Assembly: GCA_964016885.1 (NCBI GenBank)
Contig: OZ024741.1
Coordinates: 191,518,001-191,582,000, forward strand
Direction of reading: 5' to 3'
Length of the DNA stretch: 64,000 bases
Source: Eledone cirrhosa
Lineage: Eukaryota
Both the position numbers and the translations under genes were made by a program. This document shows, in pieces, positions 12,334 through 24,854 of the stretch. Each line of letters starts with the position of its first letter. Position 1 is the stretch's first letter. The notes below the pieces were generated by a model. That model had not been told where the DNA came from and ran no database searches. It was given only the letters and a program-made list of their open reading frames with translations.

Positions 12334-12450
12334 ATGGAAGATATTGGAGGTGGTATTGAAAAGATTCGCATTGGACATGATGGATCTGGTTTTGGAGCTG
12401 GCTGGTATCTTGCAAAAGTGGAAGTACGAAAGTTGATTTCTTCTGGAAAG
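12334..12450 (+). CDS. LOXHD1: LOXHD1-like exon, PLAT9 middle
   Basis: ttaAG...AAG|GTAAAA. Translates MEDIGGGIEKIRIGHDGSGFGAGWYLAKVEVRKLISSGK (start of ORF 12334..12549). Confidence 0.93.
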
Positions 12451-12469
12451 GTAAAAGAAAAAAACTTAT

Positions 12470-14125
12470 CCTCATCATCATCATCATCATCAACATCATT
12501 ATCATCACCGTTTAACGTTTATTTTTCCATGCTAACATGGGTTAGATAAGCCAGATCAAATGACCGAGTCTTGCTCATACAGAACTGTTTCTGGCTTGGT
12601 TTCTATGGCTGGATGCCCTTCCTAATGCCAACCACTTTATAGTGTGGACTGGATGTGTTTTGTCGTGGCACCAACACAACCACTTTTCAGTGTGAACTGG
12701 GAGCTGGGGTGGAGGATATACATGGGGACTGGTGAGGTAGATCTAGGGTGGGGCATTTATCTGATGAAAGGTGAGGGTGAAAGGACATGGATGAAGTGTA
12801 GAGTGTTAGGACATGGGAGATACATGGAAGAGGGAGGGAAAGATGTGGATGAAGGGTGGGGTGTTAGGACATGAGGGGTGTATGTAAGGAGGGAGGGAAA
12901 GGTAGTGCATACAAGATGTATGCTTCAGCCTGTACACATGGCAAGGCAAGTCTTCTGTATTACTGCATAATGCCATAGATCTCAATCCTGTGTCATCGCC
13001 TTCGAGAGGTGCAATTGTGCAAGGTCAGCTGTTATCATCTCATCCCAGGTCTTCCTAGGTCTTCCTAGGTCTTCCTACACCATAACTTCCATCAACTAAG
13101 TGTCCTGAACCTTTTTATACAGCTGTCATACTTCATACATATCATATGTCTATACCCATACATTCTCCTGTCCTGAACACTGCATCTGATCCCTCTTATA
13201 CCCAATTTCATTTATGCTTTGCTGTTCATGTATATTACTATTACACATCCATCAGAGCAAGCAAGCTTCATTTCTTTCCAATCTTCACAAGTCCTCTGCA
13301 CAATGCCTTAGTCTCACTACCATGCAATATTGCTGTTCGTATACACGCATCTTACAACCTACCCTTCATTTTGATAGAAAAACCTTTTGTAGTTAGCAGC
13401 AGTAGTAGCTCCCTGCACTTTCTCCATCCCATTCTCACTTTGGCTACAGTACTTTGGAACACCCACCTCTACTGCTAATGTGGTCGCCCAGGTAACTATC
13501 AACTACTTCTACCAATCTCTCTGGGCATTTAAAGGAGTTAGTATCCTGTAGGCTCTTGCTACTTACTGCACCTGTGCAATGACCACATATAAAACCTGCC
13601 TTCTTTGCTAGCCTACCTGAAATTCCACTACATCTCTTGTGTACCCATACTTTGTATTTGGGGCATAGGATGGAATTTCCTTCCTGCACACCGAGGAAGG
13701 TCATTTCCCTGGGATTGTCTGGGCCCTGTATTCCTTTCTACATAATAGGACTTTGGTCTTTGCCAAGTTGACTTTAAGACCTTTAAATTCTAGACCTTTC
13801 TTCCAGATTTAGAATTTCTTTTCTAGTTCTACCATAGATTCAGTTATAGGGTTAGATCATCTGCATACAGACGTTCCCATTAGCAACCAGTCTTAAACTC
13901 TTCTGTTATAGCCTGCAGGACAATAATAAACACTCCTACCTGTACGCTAAATTCTTCATGCTTGTCATTATCAATTCTAACTTTGCTGCCCTCACAAGCC
14001 ATTCATCTACTCCTAGTTTTCTAAAAGTCTACCATATAATGGAATGAGGGACTGTCAAAAGCTTTCTCCAGGTCCACAAATTTAAAGTGGAGTGGCTTAC
14101 ATTTAGCTAGGTACTTCTCCTGCAT
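12470..14125 (-). mobile_element. Older RTE LINE fragment, RT to 3' tail
   Basis: Contains FVDLEKAFD, WVHKRCSGI and a (CAT)n tail at about 12470-12507. Many frameshifts. Confidence 0.85.
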
Positions 14126-14170
14126 ACAATAATATATCCTTATATGGCTGTTATCAACCTTCTTCCCCCA

Positions 14171-14204
<34 letters not shown>

Positions 14205-14927
14205 AGATACATCCTTATGTGGAGTTGAACTAAATGCAAGCCAACAAAACATTCATTAATTTGTACCTAAAAGCTAGTACCTATTTACAGCTAGCTGGAC
14301 TGAGCCTGTTGCAGACAGAATACAATGTTGACATGACAGAAGAAGCTTTAGTTTGATTATTCACTACCCTATTGACATAGTCTATTGTCTACTCCCCTAT
14401 TAAACCAACCATCATACACATTCTACTGTACCCTATAGACACATCAAAAATCCACACTGACTGTTGTCTATTACATTAATGATACAGCCACCCACCATCC
14501 TTGCATTCTGTTGTCCACAGCCCTTAGAGCAATAATAATATCCTTTTCAGGCCCTAAGCTTATAATGTGTCCTCTACCTCCTGTCCCAATATATAAAATC
14601 TCCAAAAAACATTTAATTTGAATAAAATGGTGCCCTTCTTCCCATGACAACCTAAGCATATGTTCTTATTTTGTTTGATCAGCCCTGTCTGCCCTAATAA
14701 TACAGCCATCCACACAGATCTATTTTGTCAACTACCCTATTGTCATGGACACCTGTTGTCTACATATCTTTTCACACAGCTACCATCCTCTAACCTCTAT
14801 TTTCCATGCCCCTATTGACACAGCTATCCCAACTCTCCACAGCCTCATATATCATCAGATACTCCAGTTTCTCACTGTAATATTAATCAAGTTCAACAGT
14901 TGTTCATCAGATATTGCTGTGTTGCAG

Positions 14928-15099
14928 AGTTCCAAAACTTTCGTATTTCCCTGTAACCGGTGGCTGGCAGAAGATGAAGATGATCAGTTAACTGAAAGGA
15001 TGCTGGTTGCTGAGACAACTGTCATTCAAGAATCAATAGGAGAAACAGGACATTTAAAGCATAAAGAAGATTCTGCCAGAGATCAAGGTTTACACAAGT
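14928..15099 (+). CDS. LOXHD1: LOXHD1-like exon, PLAT9 end plus linker
   Basis: ttgcAG...T|GTGAGT. Translates SSKTFVFPCNRWLAEDEDDQLTERMLVAE...DQGLHK. Ends in phase 1. Confidence 0.92.
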
Positions 15100-15369
15100 G
15101 TGAGTATGTGTATTGTATAAATTATGCCAATGTAAATATGTATACTTTACTATATATATATATATATTGTTATACTTTGGAAGGATCATCCTGCCAATAA
15201 AAACACACTTCAATTTATTATAATTTTCTGGCTGGTTGGTTGGTTTGATAACCAGATGGTTGTTTATATATTGTCAAAGCTCTTTTGTCACACATTCTGT
15301 GACTTCCTCAGTGACTGGGTTTTTATTTTGTGTCTCTCCTTTGTTCTTTCCCTCACCATGTTGTTTTTG

Positions 15370-15370
<1 letters not shown>

Positions 15371-15441
<71 letters not shown>
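15371..15441. repeat. (TA)n microsatellite
   Basis: Perfect TA run; source of the poly-IY ORFs in the track. Confidence 0.95.
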
Positions 15442-15445
<4 letters not shown>

Positions 15446-16357
15446 ATGTAATGAATAAAAACATATCAAATATGTTAGAATTTTGTGCTTCTCAATAAGC
15501 AAACTCAATAGACTTTATCCAATAGACTTTATTTAATAAATCAAATGTAAAGAATATATGTATATATATATAGAGAGAGAGAAAGAACCATATAACATAC
15601 AGAATACACAATATGTTATATATATATATATATATACTAAATACATATTTCAGAGATGAATATGTACTCAAGATGGAATCATTAGAGACCTTTAGAGCGC
15701 TATTTCGTATTCAGTAGATGTAATTTAAAATTAATCTATGTAATTGATTATCGATCACAAACAATCGATTATAATTAAACTATAGGAGACTCTGAATATT
15801 CATCAGAGGTATAGTCTTTAGCATTCAAGAGAAATATAGAAGCAAAAATAGTATATAGAACAATATACTTGCCAATATCCAGAGATGAATTTGATGCGAC
15901 TCACCATAATGAAAGCCACATGGTATGACTACGTTAAACCTAAGGCAATAGATATCAACAAAAGTGGATGTTTATTCCACTAGAGATAGGTACAGAAATT
16001 ATAGTCACCTCAGCTCAACAAGAAGTTTGCAGCTGTTGTATACACATGAAATGAATCTTGTATATAACAGCTCCAAAATTCTTAACTATATATTATACAG
16101 TCGTATACTGGCCAGGTTGCCAGGTTTCCCAATGGCAAGTGGGCCTCAGGGGCCTCATGGTAGTATTGCAGGGAGCCCCGCTGTAGTATTTTAGGGGCCA
16201 AAGCTTTGCTTTCAAAAAATATTTTTAAAAAAAGCAAAGCATTTGGTCAAGGAATTCCCCCAGAAACTAACAGTTGGAATCACTGGTTGTCTAAATTTAT
16301 AGCTTACTGTATTCATTCATGCATGCATACATATGTAGACACACACGCATATATATA

Positions 16358-18003
16358 TGGGTAAAGAAGTGCCAAGAAATCCCAGTAGAAGGAAGATGCA
16401 GTAAAGGTAGACCACGAAAAACATGGGCGGAGGTGGTGAGAGCAGACCTCAGATCGCTGAAACTCACCGAGGAGATGACGAAGGACCGTGACAAGTGGAG
16501 AGATGCTGTGCTGAATAGGACCCATCCAACCCTTGCAAGCAGGGAAAAGCGGACGTAAAATAATGATGATGATGATGATATATTTACAAGCCATGTATAG
16601 GGAAGCAGTTAGCAAAGTTACGGTTAACAATGAATATAGCGAGAAATTTAGTATACAGGTCAGTGTCCAACAAGGTTCTGTTCTTAGACCTCTCCTGTTT
16701 ATTATAATAGTGTTGCTAGCTATAACAGAGGAGTTTAAGACTGGATGCCCATGGGAACTTCTGTGTGCGGAACTAAAGAAGAAATTCCAAACATGGAAGC
16801 AGGGAATAGAAAGAAGGGATCTCAAAGTCAATCTGACAAAGACTAAGGTCCTCGTAAGTAGATGAGAAAACAGAAACCAGATCCCATCAGGAAAATGGCC
16901 TTGGTCAGTATGTAGGAAAGGTGTAAGTAGAAATTCCATCCTCTGCCCCAAATGCAAACTATGGGTACACAAGAGAGGCAGTGGGATCTCAGGAAGTTTA
17001 GTTAAGAATGTATGCTTTACATGTAGCAATTACACCGGGACAGTAAGCAGCAAATGGCCACAGGAAACAAGCACTACCAAATTCTGGGAGGGCTCTGTAG
17101 AAACAGTAGACAGCTTCTGCTACTTAGGTGACCAAATTAGCAGCGAAGTTGGGTGGTCTGAAAGTACAGTAACCAGGGTAAGAATGGGTTGGAAGACGTT
17201 CAGGGAGCTACTACCACTGCTAGCTGCAAAAGGCTTTTCCCTCAAAAGGATAGGCAGACTGTATGATGCATGCATATGAACATCAATGTTACATAGTAGT
17301 GAGACCTGGGCTTTGTGTGCAGAAGACTTGCGTAGATTAGAAAGAATCAAAGCTTGCATGCTCAGATGGATGTGTAATATACACGAACAGCAAAGCATAA
17401 ATGAAGTGAGAGAGAGACTGAGCATAAGAAGAATCAAATGGTGTGTGCAGGAGAGGAGGTTGAGTTGGTATGGACATGTGATGTGTATGAAGGACGACAG
17501 CTGCATAAAAAGGTGCAGAGCACTAAATGTCAATGGAAGCCTTGGAGTGGGGAGACCCAACAAGACCTCGGATGAGGTGATAAAAGCTGACCTTTCCCAA
17601 TTGCACCTCTCAAAGGTGATGACACACAACCGTGACCTCTGGCGTCACGCAGTATTACAGAAGACCCGACTTCCCACAGGTACAAGCTGAAGCTGAAGCA
17701 TATAGACAGTATGCCCCCCCCCATCTCCTACTGTAAAGTGGTCGTGGAGGTCTCATGACAAAAAAGTACCCAATCCACACTGTAAAGTGGTTGTGTAGGT
17801 GCTATGATAAAAAAGCACCCAGTACTCACTGTAAATGAGGTTGGTGTAAGGGAGGGTATCCAGCTGTAGAAATCAAGCCAAAATCAGTTCTGTATGAGCA
17901 AGATATGTTCACCTGACCTAGCATTGCCCACAACAAGACATATTGTCTAACCCATGCTAGCGTGGAAGAATGGACGTAAAACGGTGATGATGATGATGAT
18001 GAT
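16358..18003 (+). mobile_element. Two abutting RTE fragments: family A 3' end (16358-16578) and family B RT-to-tail (16580-18003)
   Basis: Contains QGSVLRPLLF, GCPWELL, SETW and LSWYGHVM, with two (GAT)n tails. Confidence 0.9.
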
Positions 18004-18014
18004 ATATATATATG

Positions 18015-18805
18015 TCTAGGGTGGGTAAAATTCCCGAGATCCATGGACGAGTTCTCTCCAGCTGTCTCTGCCCCTCATTATCGCTGCCATGTTCTGCGTC
18101 TCCAGTGTCTGCTCTTAGGGCATCAACATATGTTAACCTCGGTCTTCCTCTTCCAGTGTGTCCATGCAAGGGCTCCTACAAGAGCACTGAGTGCAATGCC
18201 AACTCTGGATGTCGGTGAGCATGTCCAGCTAACCTCAGTCTCTTCTGGGCTACTCTCGAGCTGACATTTGGGAGGCTCACATACATGTCTGAGTTCTTCA
18301 TCCTCAGTGTATACTGATTAATGTTCAGAGCCATCCTCATCATTCTCGTGTAGCACCCATCCACCATCTGAGTGAGTTTCTTGGTCAGTGTCCAAGTCTC
18401 AGACCCATACAGCAGCACAGACTCTACTACAGCAACAAAGAGACGGATCTTCAGGTCTTTACGAAGGTCTGACTTCCACACCGATCTCAAGCTGTGAATT
18501 TGCCAACAACATAGTTCTGGTGACAAACACAGTGAAGGAGGCAAAGGATTTGATGCAGGAGGTGGAGATTGTGTCGATGAGTGTGGGGCTGAGAATGAAT
18601 GAAATTAAGATGAAGTATCTGGTAGAGAATATTAAGAAGCAAGAGAAGATTACTAGTGTAGGCAGGAAGCCACTAGAATTGCTTGAGGACTTCCTGTATT
18701 TGGGAGCAAAGATTGGGAATACGGAAGATGATGTGGTCGAGAGGAAGAACAAAGCCTGGGCAGCATGCAAGCTGTGGCACACTTCCCAGGCTTTGCTCTT
18801 TAGAA
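18015..18805. mobile_element. RTE-like LINE fragment (same family as 4312-4692) with inverted internal segment
   Basis: Minus-strand C-terminus at 18015-18497. Plus-strand RT piece FANNIVLV...FLYLGA...KAWAAC at about 18498-18767. Confidence 0.75.
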
Positions 18806-19009
18806 AAGGGAAGTAAGGTTCAATACAAAACAGTGGATATAGAGAAAAGGTGAAGTTTGAAATAGCACGGAAAATATATTTAAGGGTCTGTTTTTCTCTT
18901 TTGATTTGTCAAAGTGACATTATTGAAAAGATAACATTATTGAAAAAATGAGAGGGACAATTCTTTTTAAAAAAAAGTTTTATAATATATATAAAGTATA
19001 TATATAATT

Positions 19010-20835
19010 CACACTGCAAAATAACACTGAAATAACCATCAAAGAAGCTGATAAAGGGAGTACTGTGGTTATTATGGACACTGAGTACTATAGAGACCTG
19101 GTACTCAAAATCTTAGATGACAATAGATACTACGCAAAAACAGTAAACTACAAACAAACTAACACAATGGGGAACCTCCTAGCATTACTACAAAAATACA
19201 GCAGAAGCCTAACCACAAAAGAATTTGAATACATAGGCCATTTCAAATGTAATACAAGTGCTTTCTACGGCTTACCGAAGATAAATGCATACAATTAACA
19301 CCACCAGAAGACTTAAAACTCAGACCAATTATAGCAGGCTCTGCATGTGAAACCCACGGACTTAGCAACTTCCTGGATATCCAATTAAAGCCCTTACTAA
19401 AATATATACAGAGCTACATATGGGATGACCTTGATATGCTGAACCACCTACCCAAAACAGTAAGTGAAAGCACTATTCTTGTCTCCTTTGACGTAGTAAA
19501 CCTCTACACTAACACACCCCATAACTATGGAATAATAGCAATCCAGTGTTGACTAGACACTCACCAATCTGAAATACCAACACGCATCAACAAAAACTTC
19601 ATTATTGATGGACTCTGATTTATCTTACAGAATAATTTCTTTACTTTCAATGACTCAACATACCGACAAATCTCATGAATTGCAATGGGCACAAAGGTAG
19701 TCATGGGATTCCACGAACAACAAATCTACAACCAATCCCTTCTATTATTCGGAGACTCTTTCCTTATACATCTCAAAAATAATTGGAAGAGATACCTAGA
19801 CAATTGCTTTATACTATGGCAGGAAGACATGAATGCACTCTTTTCAAAAATATGATTAACAATATTAATAATATACAATTCACAATGGAATCTAACTCCA
19901 AGAAATTAGCCTTCTTGGATATTCTCATTCTAAAAACAGATGGGAAAATAGAAACAGACATCTTTTATAAACCCACGGACTCCAAACAGTACCTCCTTTT
20001 CACATCAAATCACCCAAAACATACAAAACTTAACATTCCTTTTAATTTAGCCAAACGTATATGCACCATAATATCAGGCCCAACTTAACGGGAACAAAGA
20101 CTAAATGAACTCAAAAACACACTTACCTTAAAAAACATACTTTCCCACTTGACATAATTAATAAAGGAATAGACAAAGCAAAACACGCAAATTTTCATCA
20201 ACCCAACAACCCAAAACACAGAACCACAAACAATACCTTACCAAATGTATCCACGTTCAACCCCAGAAACACCGAAATGTTCGACCTTCTACACAAAAAC
20301 CTACCCATTCTATTTAAAGATGAAAAAATGAAAAAAATTCTAAAAACACACAAGATCATTAAAAGCAAAAGGCAACCAAAATCACTAAAACACATTCTCA
20401 CTGGAACAAATATTCACAAACCTATCTCCAACCTTACGGTAACAAAATGTGGAAGAACAAATTGTGGAACATGCCTATACTTAACTGAAGGACAAAAATT
20501 CACATTTAAAGATGGCCAAACTTTCACAGTGAAAAACAACTTCACTTGCAACTCGGAGAACCTGATCTATGTAATCACATGTGGTGGCTGTCAACATAAC
20601 TATATAGGACAGACGGAGTTGTTGTTACGCAAAAGAAGGACCATCCATCACCAACAAATCCGAGACGTAAACACAAGGAAAATCCCCTTAAGTAGCCACA
20701 TTGCAGAGTGTGCAGGAATGACTCTACCCAACTTTAAAATCTTCCCTCTTTACAAGTGCTCCAATTCTTTCACTCAACAACCAAGAATAAATAAAGAAAA
20801 GCTATTGTTAACAAATTTAAACGAAAACTAAATAT
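19010..20835 (+). mobile_element. Penelope-like element (RT plus GIY-YIG), pseudogenised
   Basis: Contains IKEADKGSTVVIMD, FYGLPKI, LRPII, SFDVVNLYTN, RYLDNCF, FLDILI, YKPTDSKQYL, SNHPKHTK and CGTC...LIYVITC..C...YIGQT. Interrupted by stops and frameshifts. Confidence 0.92.
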
Positions 20836-21699
20836 GTAATCACCCCCATTAGACCCCCCATACACACACACCACAAAACAGTTTTTAGTTTTTGACAATT
20901 TTCTTAATTTTTTTTTTAAAATTTTTAATTTCCCACCACAAAGGGATCTGTGACAAACAGGCTGAACCCCCCCCCCCCCCACACACACATATGTGCATTG
21001 TTATATATATATGTGTGTGTTTGTGTGTGTATATATATATATATATATATACACAAACGCATACCACAAAATAAGAGAGAAAAAATTACTCATTGCAGAA
21101 GTTACTGCTCGTACTACTGATATTTTACTCTGGCTTTTTCTTAAAGAATCTTTTAAAATTTTTTAATTTTTGGATTCTGAGAATCCTTTGGATTTTAGTT
21201 TTTAATTTTTGACAATTTTCTGAATTTTTAAGAAAAAAATTTTCTTAATTTCCTACCACAAAGGGATCTATGACAGACAGACTGAAAAACAAAACACACA
21301 ACCCCCCCCCCCCCCCCACACACACACACACACATGTGTGTATTGCTAAAGGACCTGTGACAGACAGACTGAAAAAAACACACACACACACACACGTGTG
21401 TATTGTTATATATACACCCTCATTCTCTCTCTCTATATATATATACACACACTCCCTAAAACCACATTCCAATAATAGAATTTCTCCTGCTGCTTCCACA
21501 GAACTTACCTCTAGCTTACAATTTCCCATCCCCTTTTGAACTTTTGACCAGTCAATTAACACAATCAGATATACACACACAGGCTGTGATGAAACACAAC
21601 TACTGCTATCTTCTCCGACCACCAAATTTGGAGCAAGAAGGATGATTTTAATTTTAAACCCTTAGTTTTTAACTCCTATTAATTCTTTTAGTGTCCGGT

Positions 21700-21965
21700 C
21701 AGCTGACCTTGTCTTGCTCATACAGGAACTGATCCTGGCTTGATTTCTACAGCTGGATGCCCTTCCTAACACCAACCTCATTTACAGTGAGTGCTGGGTG
21801 CTTTTTTTTCCGTGGCGCCTACACGTCCACTTTACAGTGTCGGCTGGGTGCTTTTTTTGCCGTGACACCTCCACGACCACTTTGCAGTGGGAGGAGGTGG
21901 GGGCGTATTGTCTATATGCTTCAGCTTTGGCTTATACCCGTGGGAAGTCGGGTCTTCTGTATTAC
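21700..21965 (-). mobile_element. RTE family B 3' UTR fragment
   Basis: Matches 35395-35660. Confidence 0.75.
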
Positions 21966-22079
21966 TGTATTACTTTACAGTGTGGGCAAAAAACTGCCAT
22001 CTTACTTACATTGTGTACACTCTGAATGGTGGCTTGCATTTTCTCACTTTCAAGCCTATTATCTCATTGAGTGAGTGAG

Positions 22080-22350
22080 TAATAACCAGATCTCGCTGAT
22101 ATAAATCAAGAATAAAAACCAGATACTGCAATAGCCTGGAGTTCAAAGGCCCCCAGCTCTTTAATAAGCCACCAAAAAGTCTGGGAGATCTACATGACGT
22201 GCAGGTTTTCGAGAAATTCTTGACATTCAACTAACCAAGATCTCAGATGAACCCATAGCACAAGAAGCACAAGAAAGGCTGGCTCTAGAAAGTGTACTAT
22301 CAATGGCAGTGCCCCAGCATGGCCTCAGCCAATCTGCTGGAGTGCGTAAA
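22080..22350 (+). mobile_element. CR1-group LINE 3' fragment
   Basis: Translates RIKTRYCNSLEFKGPQLFNKPPKSL...FEKFLDIQLTKISDEP, a typical ORF2 C-terminus. Confidence 0.6.
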
Positions 22351-23846
22351 AGAGTAAATATCTATCTATATACTACTAAAACTCTGTGATTGTGTCCTTG
22401 TCTGTTATTTAATACAGCCAAAACGTCACATAATGGGAAAATACTTTGAAAGGAAGTTGCCCCTGAAATGGGAATACAAATGGAATAAAACAAGTTTCAC
22501 ATAAATCGGAGCACAAGTTCCCGAGATACAGGGTTTTTCCGGGTACCTTCATAAATAGAGAGAGACAAAGATAGAGAGAAAGATATAGTGGTTGTGAGAG
22601 AGTAGATTGAAAGAGAGACATAGAAAGAAAGAACGAGACAGAGAAGGATAGTGGAAGAGGGAGAGAGCTGGTGGTGTTGTTGAATGAAATTATAATATGT
22701 GACTTCAAAGAATCGAATACAGCATTACTGTATCTAGCTCGAATAAGGTGACTGAATATTAAGTCATATATATCGTATAACTTGTGTAGCGAATATTTCC
22801 TGCTAAATAGGAAGGGCATCCAGCTGTAGAAAACCAGCCAGAAACAGTTCTATACAAGCGATACATGGTCACCCAACCAATCTTGCCGCAAGTGGGACAA
22901 ACCCGTCTAACACATACGTTGAAGATGATGATATATATATATGTGTGTGTGTCTGTGACCAATGTATATAGGTCACAGACACCCATATATATATATATGT
23001 GTATATGCACACACACATATATATGGGCCTTCCAATTTAATTTAACATTATATACATGTCTGTGTATATTTTAATTATTTAAAAATTATTTTTAAGTGAA
23101 CATGATTTTTTTAAAATAGCTTAAGGGAAACTTGACCCAACGGATCACAGATGGTTTAGTATATGATAAAGTTATATCTGTATAAATACAGAGTGTGTAA
23201 CCAAGAGCGCAAATATCAAATATGTAGGCATGTAAACATGGTAAGCATGCCAGAAAATATGAATTTCTCCATAGTAATTAGTAATATTTTGAAATGGGCA
23301 TACTAATTTGCATATAATTAGTGCTTTTTTGGTAATTAATTAAGATATATAGGAAGAACTGTGCTACCAGCCAAAGGGTATGATAAAGTTATATCTGTAT
23401 AAATACAGAGAGTGTAACCAAGATTGGACCATGTATAAATATATACACATATCTAATATGTAAGCATGTTAACATGCCAGAAAATACAAATTTCCTTGTA
23501 GATTAAAAAAATGATTAACGTCTTTAATCGATTTTCCATTATACCCATCAAATTTATGTTTACTTTTGGTTGTTTAGATGATATACGCGTCTTCTGATGA
23601 GGGACCATGCATAATATTACATATTTTATACATATGTTATATTGCATAATTTATATACACATACAATAATGCATATTTTATATTCATATGTGTAATATTA
23701 CATATTTTATATACATGTGTAATATTACATATTTAGTATTGCGTAATTTATATACACATGTAACATTTCATATTTGATATAAACATATTTAATATTGTAT
23801 ATTTTATATACACCTGTGTAATATTACATATTTTATATTGGTCCAG

Positions 23847-23963
23847 CGAGAAAATACAAGAAATATACTCACAAAGAACTGTTTGACATCCGAGAGAAGT
23901 GTATTGAATTTGGACATAACACAGAACATAACACACCAGACCGTATCCACCAAAGAAAGCAAG
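23847..23963 (+). CDS. Candidate non-PLAT linker/cassette exon of the LOXHD1-like gene
   Basis: ttttatattggtccAG acceptor and AAG|GTATAT donor. 117 nt, phase 1-1, stop-free (RKYKKYTHKELFDIREKCIEFGHNTEHNTPDRIHQRKQ). No recognisable homology. Confidence 0.4.
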
Positions 23964-24854
23964 GTATATTTTGTGATGGATCACATAGAGATATTTCATA
24001 CTATATTTTTGTTAATGTATTTACCTTGTATTAAATATACAATGGTAAAGAAAACTGGATATAATTTAATTAAATGCGCACAAAAATATACACATTTTAT
24101 ATCTTTATGTCCTGAGTTTAATTCCCAATACCGATTCACTTTCCTTTGCATCTTCTTTATAAAATAGCAGCAGTTAACTCTTTTAACATCAAACTGCCTG
24201 AAACGGCTCTATGATACAAAATTGTTTATTTTAAAGTGTTTATATTTATCTAAAAACCTCCCATCATGATTTTATGATGTTATGTTCCAAAACCCAACTG
24301 AATAATGAAAATGTTAGTTATATTATGAAGTTCCTCCAAATTGTTGATTATTTTCCAAATGATTTGAAAATTAGAGGCATGTGGTAATGAAAGAGATAAA
24401 ACATCATGGCAAAAAGCATTGCCACATTACCTATGATAGATATTAATGTTATTAAATATGTGACCTTGTGTCTAACTTAGAAATCATCAGGGTGGGGGGA
24501 AAATTGTGAGAGCACCAAACAAAATTCCACTGGGGTAGACTTACCTTTCATGATTCTGTGTTCAATAAAATAAGTACCACTCATGTACTGTGGTTAATTT
24601 AATTAATAAACTTCTTCCACCAAATGTGTGGCCCCGTGCCAATGTTAGAAATTATTACTTAACTCTTTTCATCTCAAACTACCTGAAACTGCCCTTGGCT
24701 GATTTTAAAATGTTATATTTATCTAAAAATTTCAATCAATTTTATGCAAGAACATTTGTTAAGTTATGTTTGAAATCCCAGCTTAATAATGAGAAATTTT
24801 GTTATTTTTCTAAATCTCTTGAAATCGATGGTTATTTTCAAAATTATTTGAAAA

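Noticed and set aside
15236-15498. Poly-IY, poly-CV and poly-HT ORFs here and elsewhere in the track
   Set aside because: They are translations of (TA)n and (TG)n microsatellites.
16085-16290. YIIQSYTGQV as a possible PLAT10 start exon
   Set aside because: No GTD motif, a stop soon follows, no suitable splice sites, and the segment looks like a GC-rich MITE.
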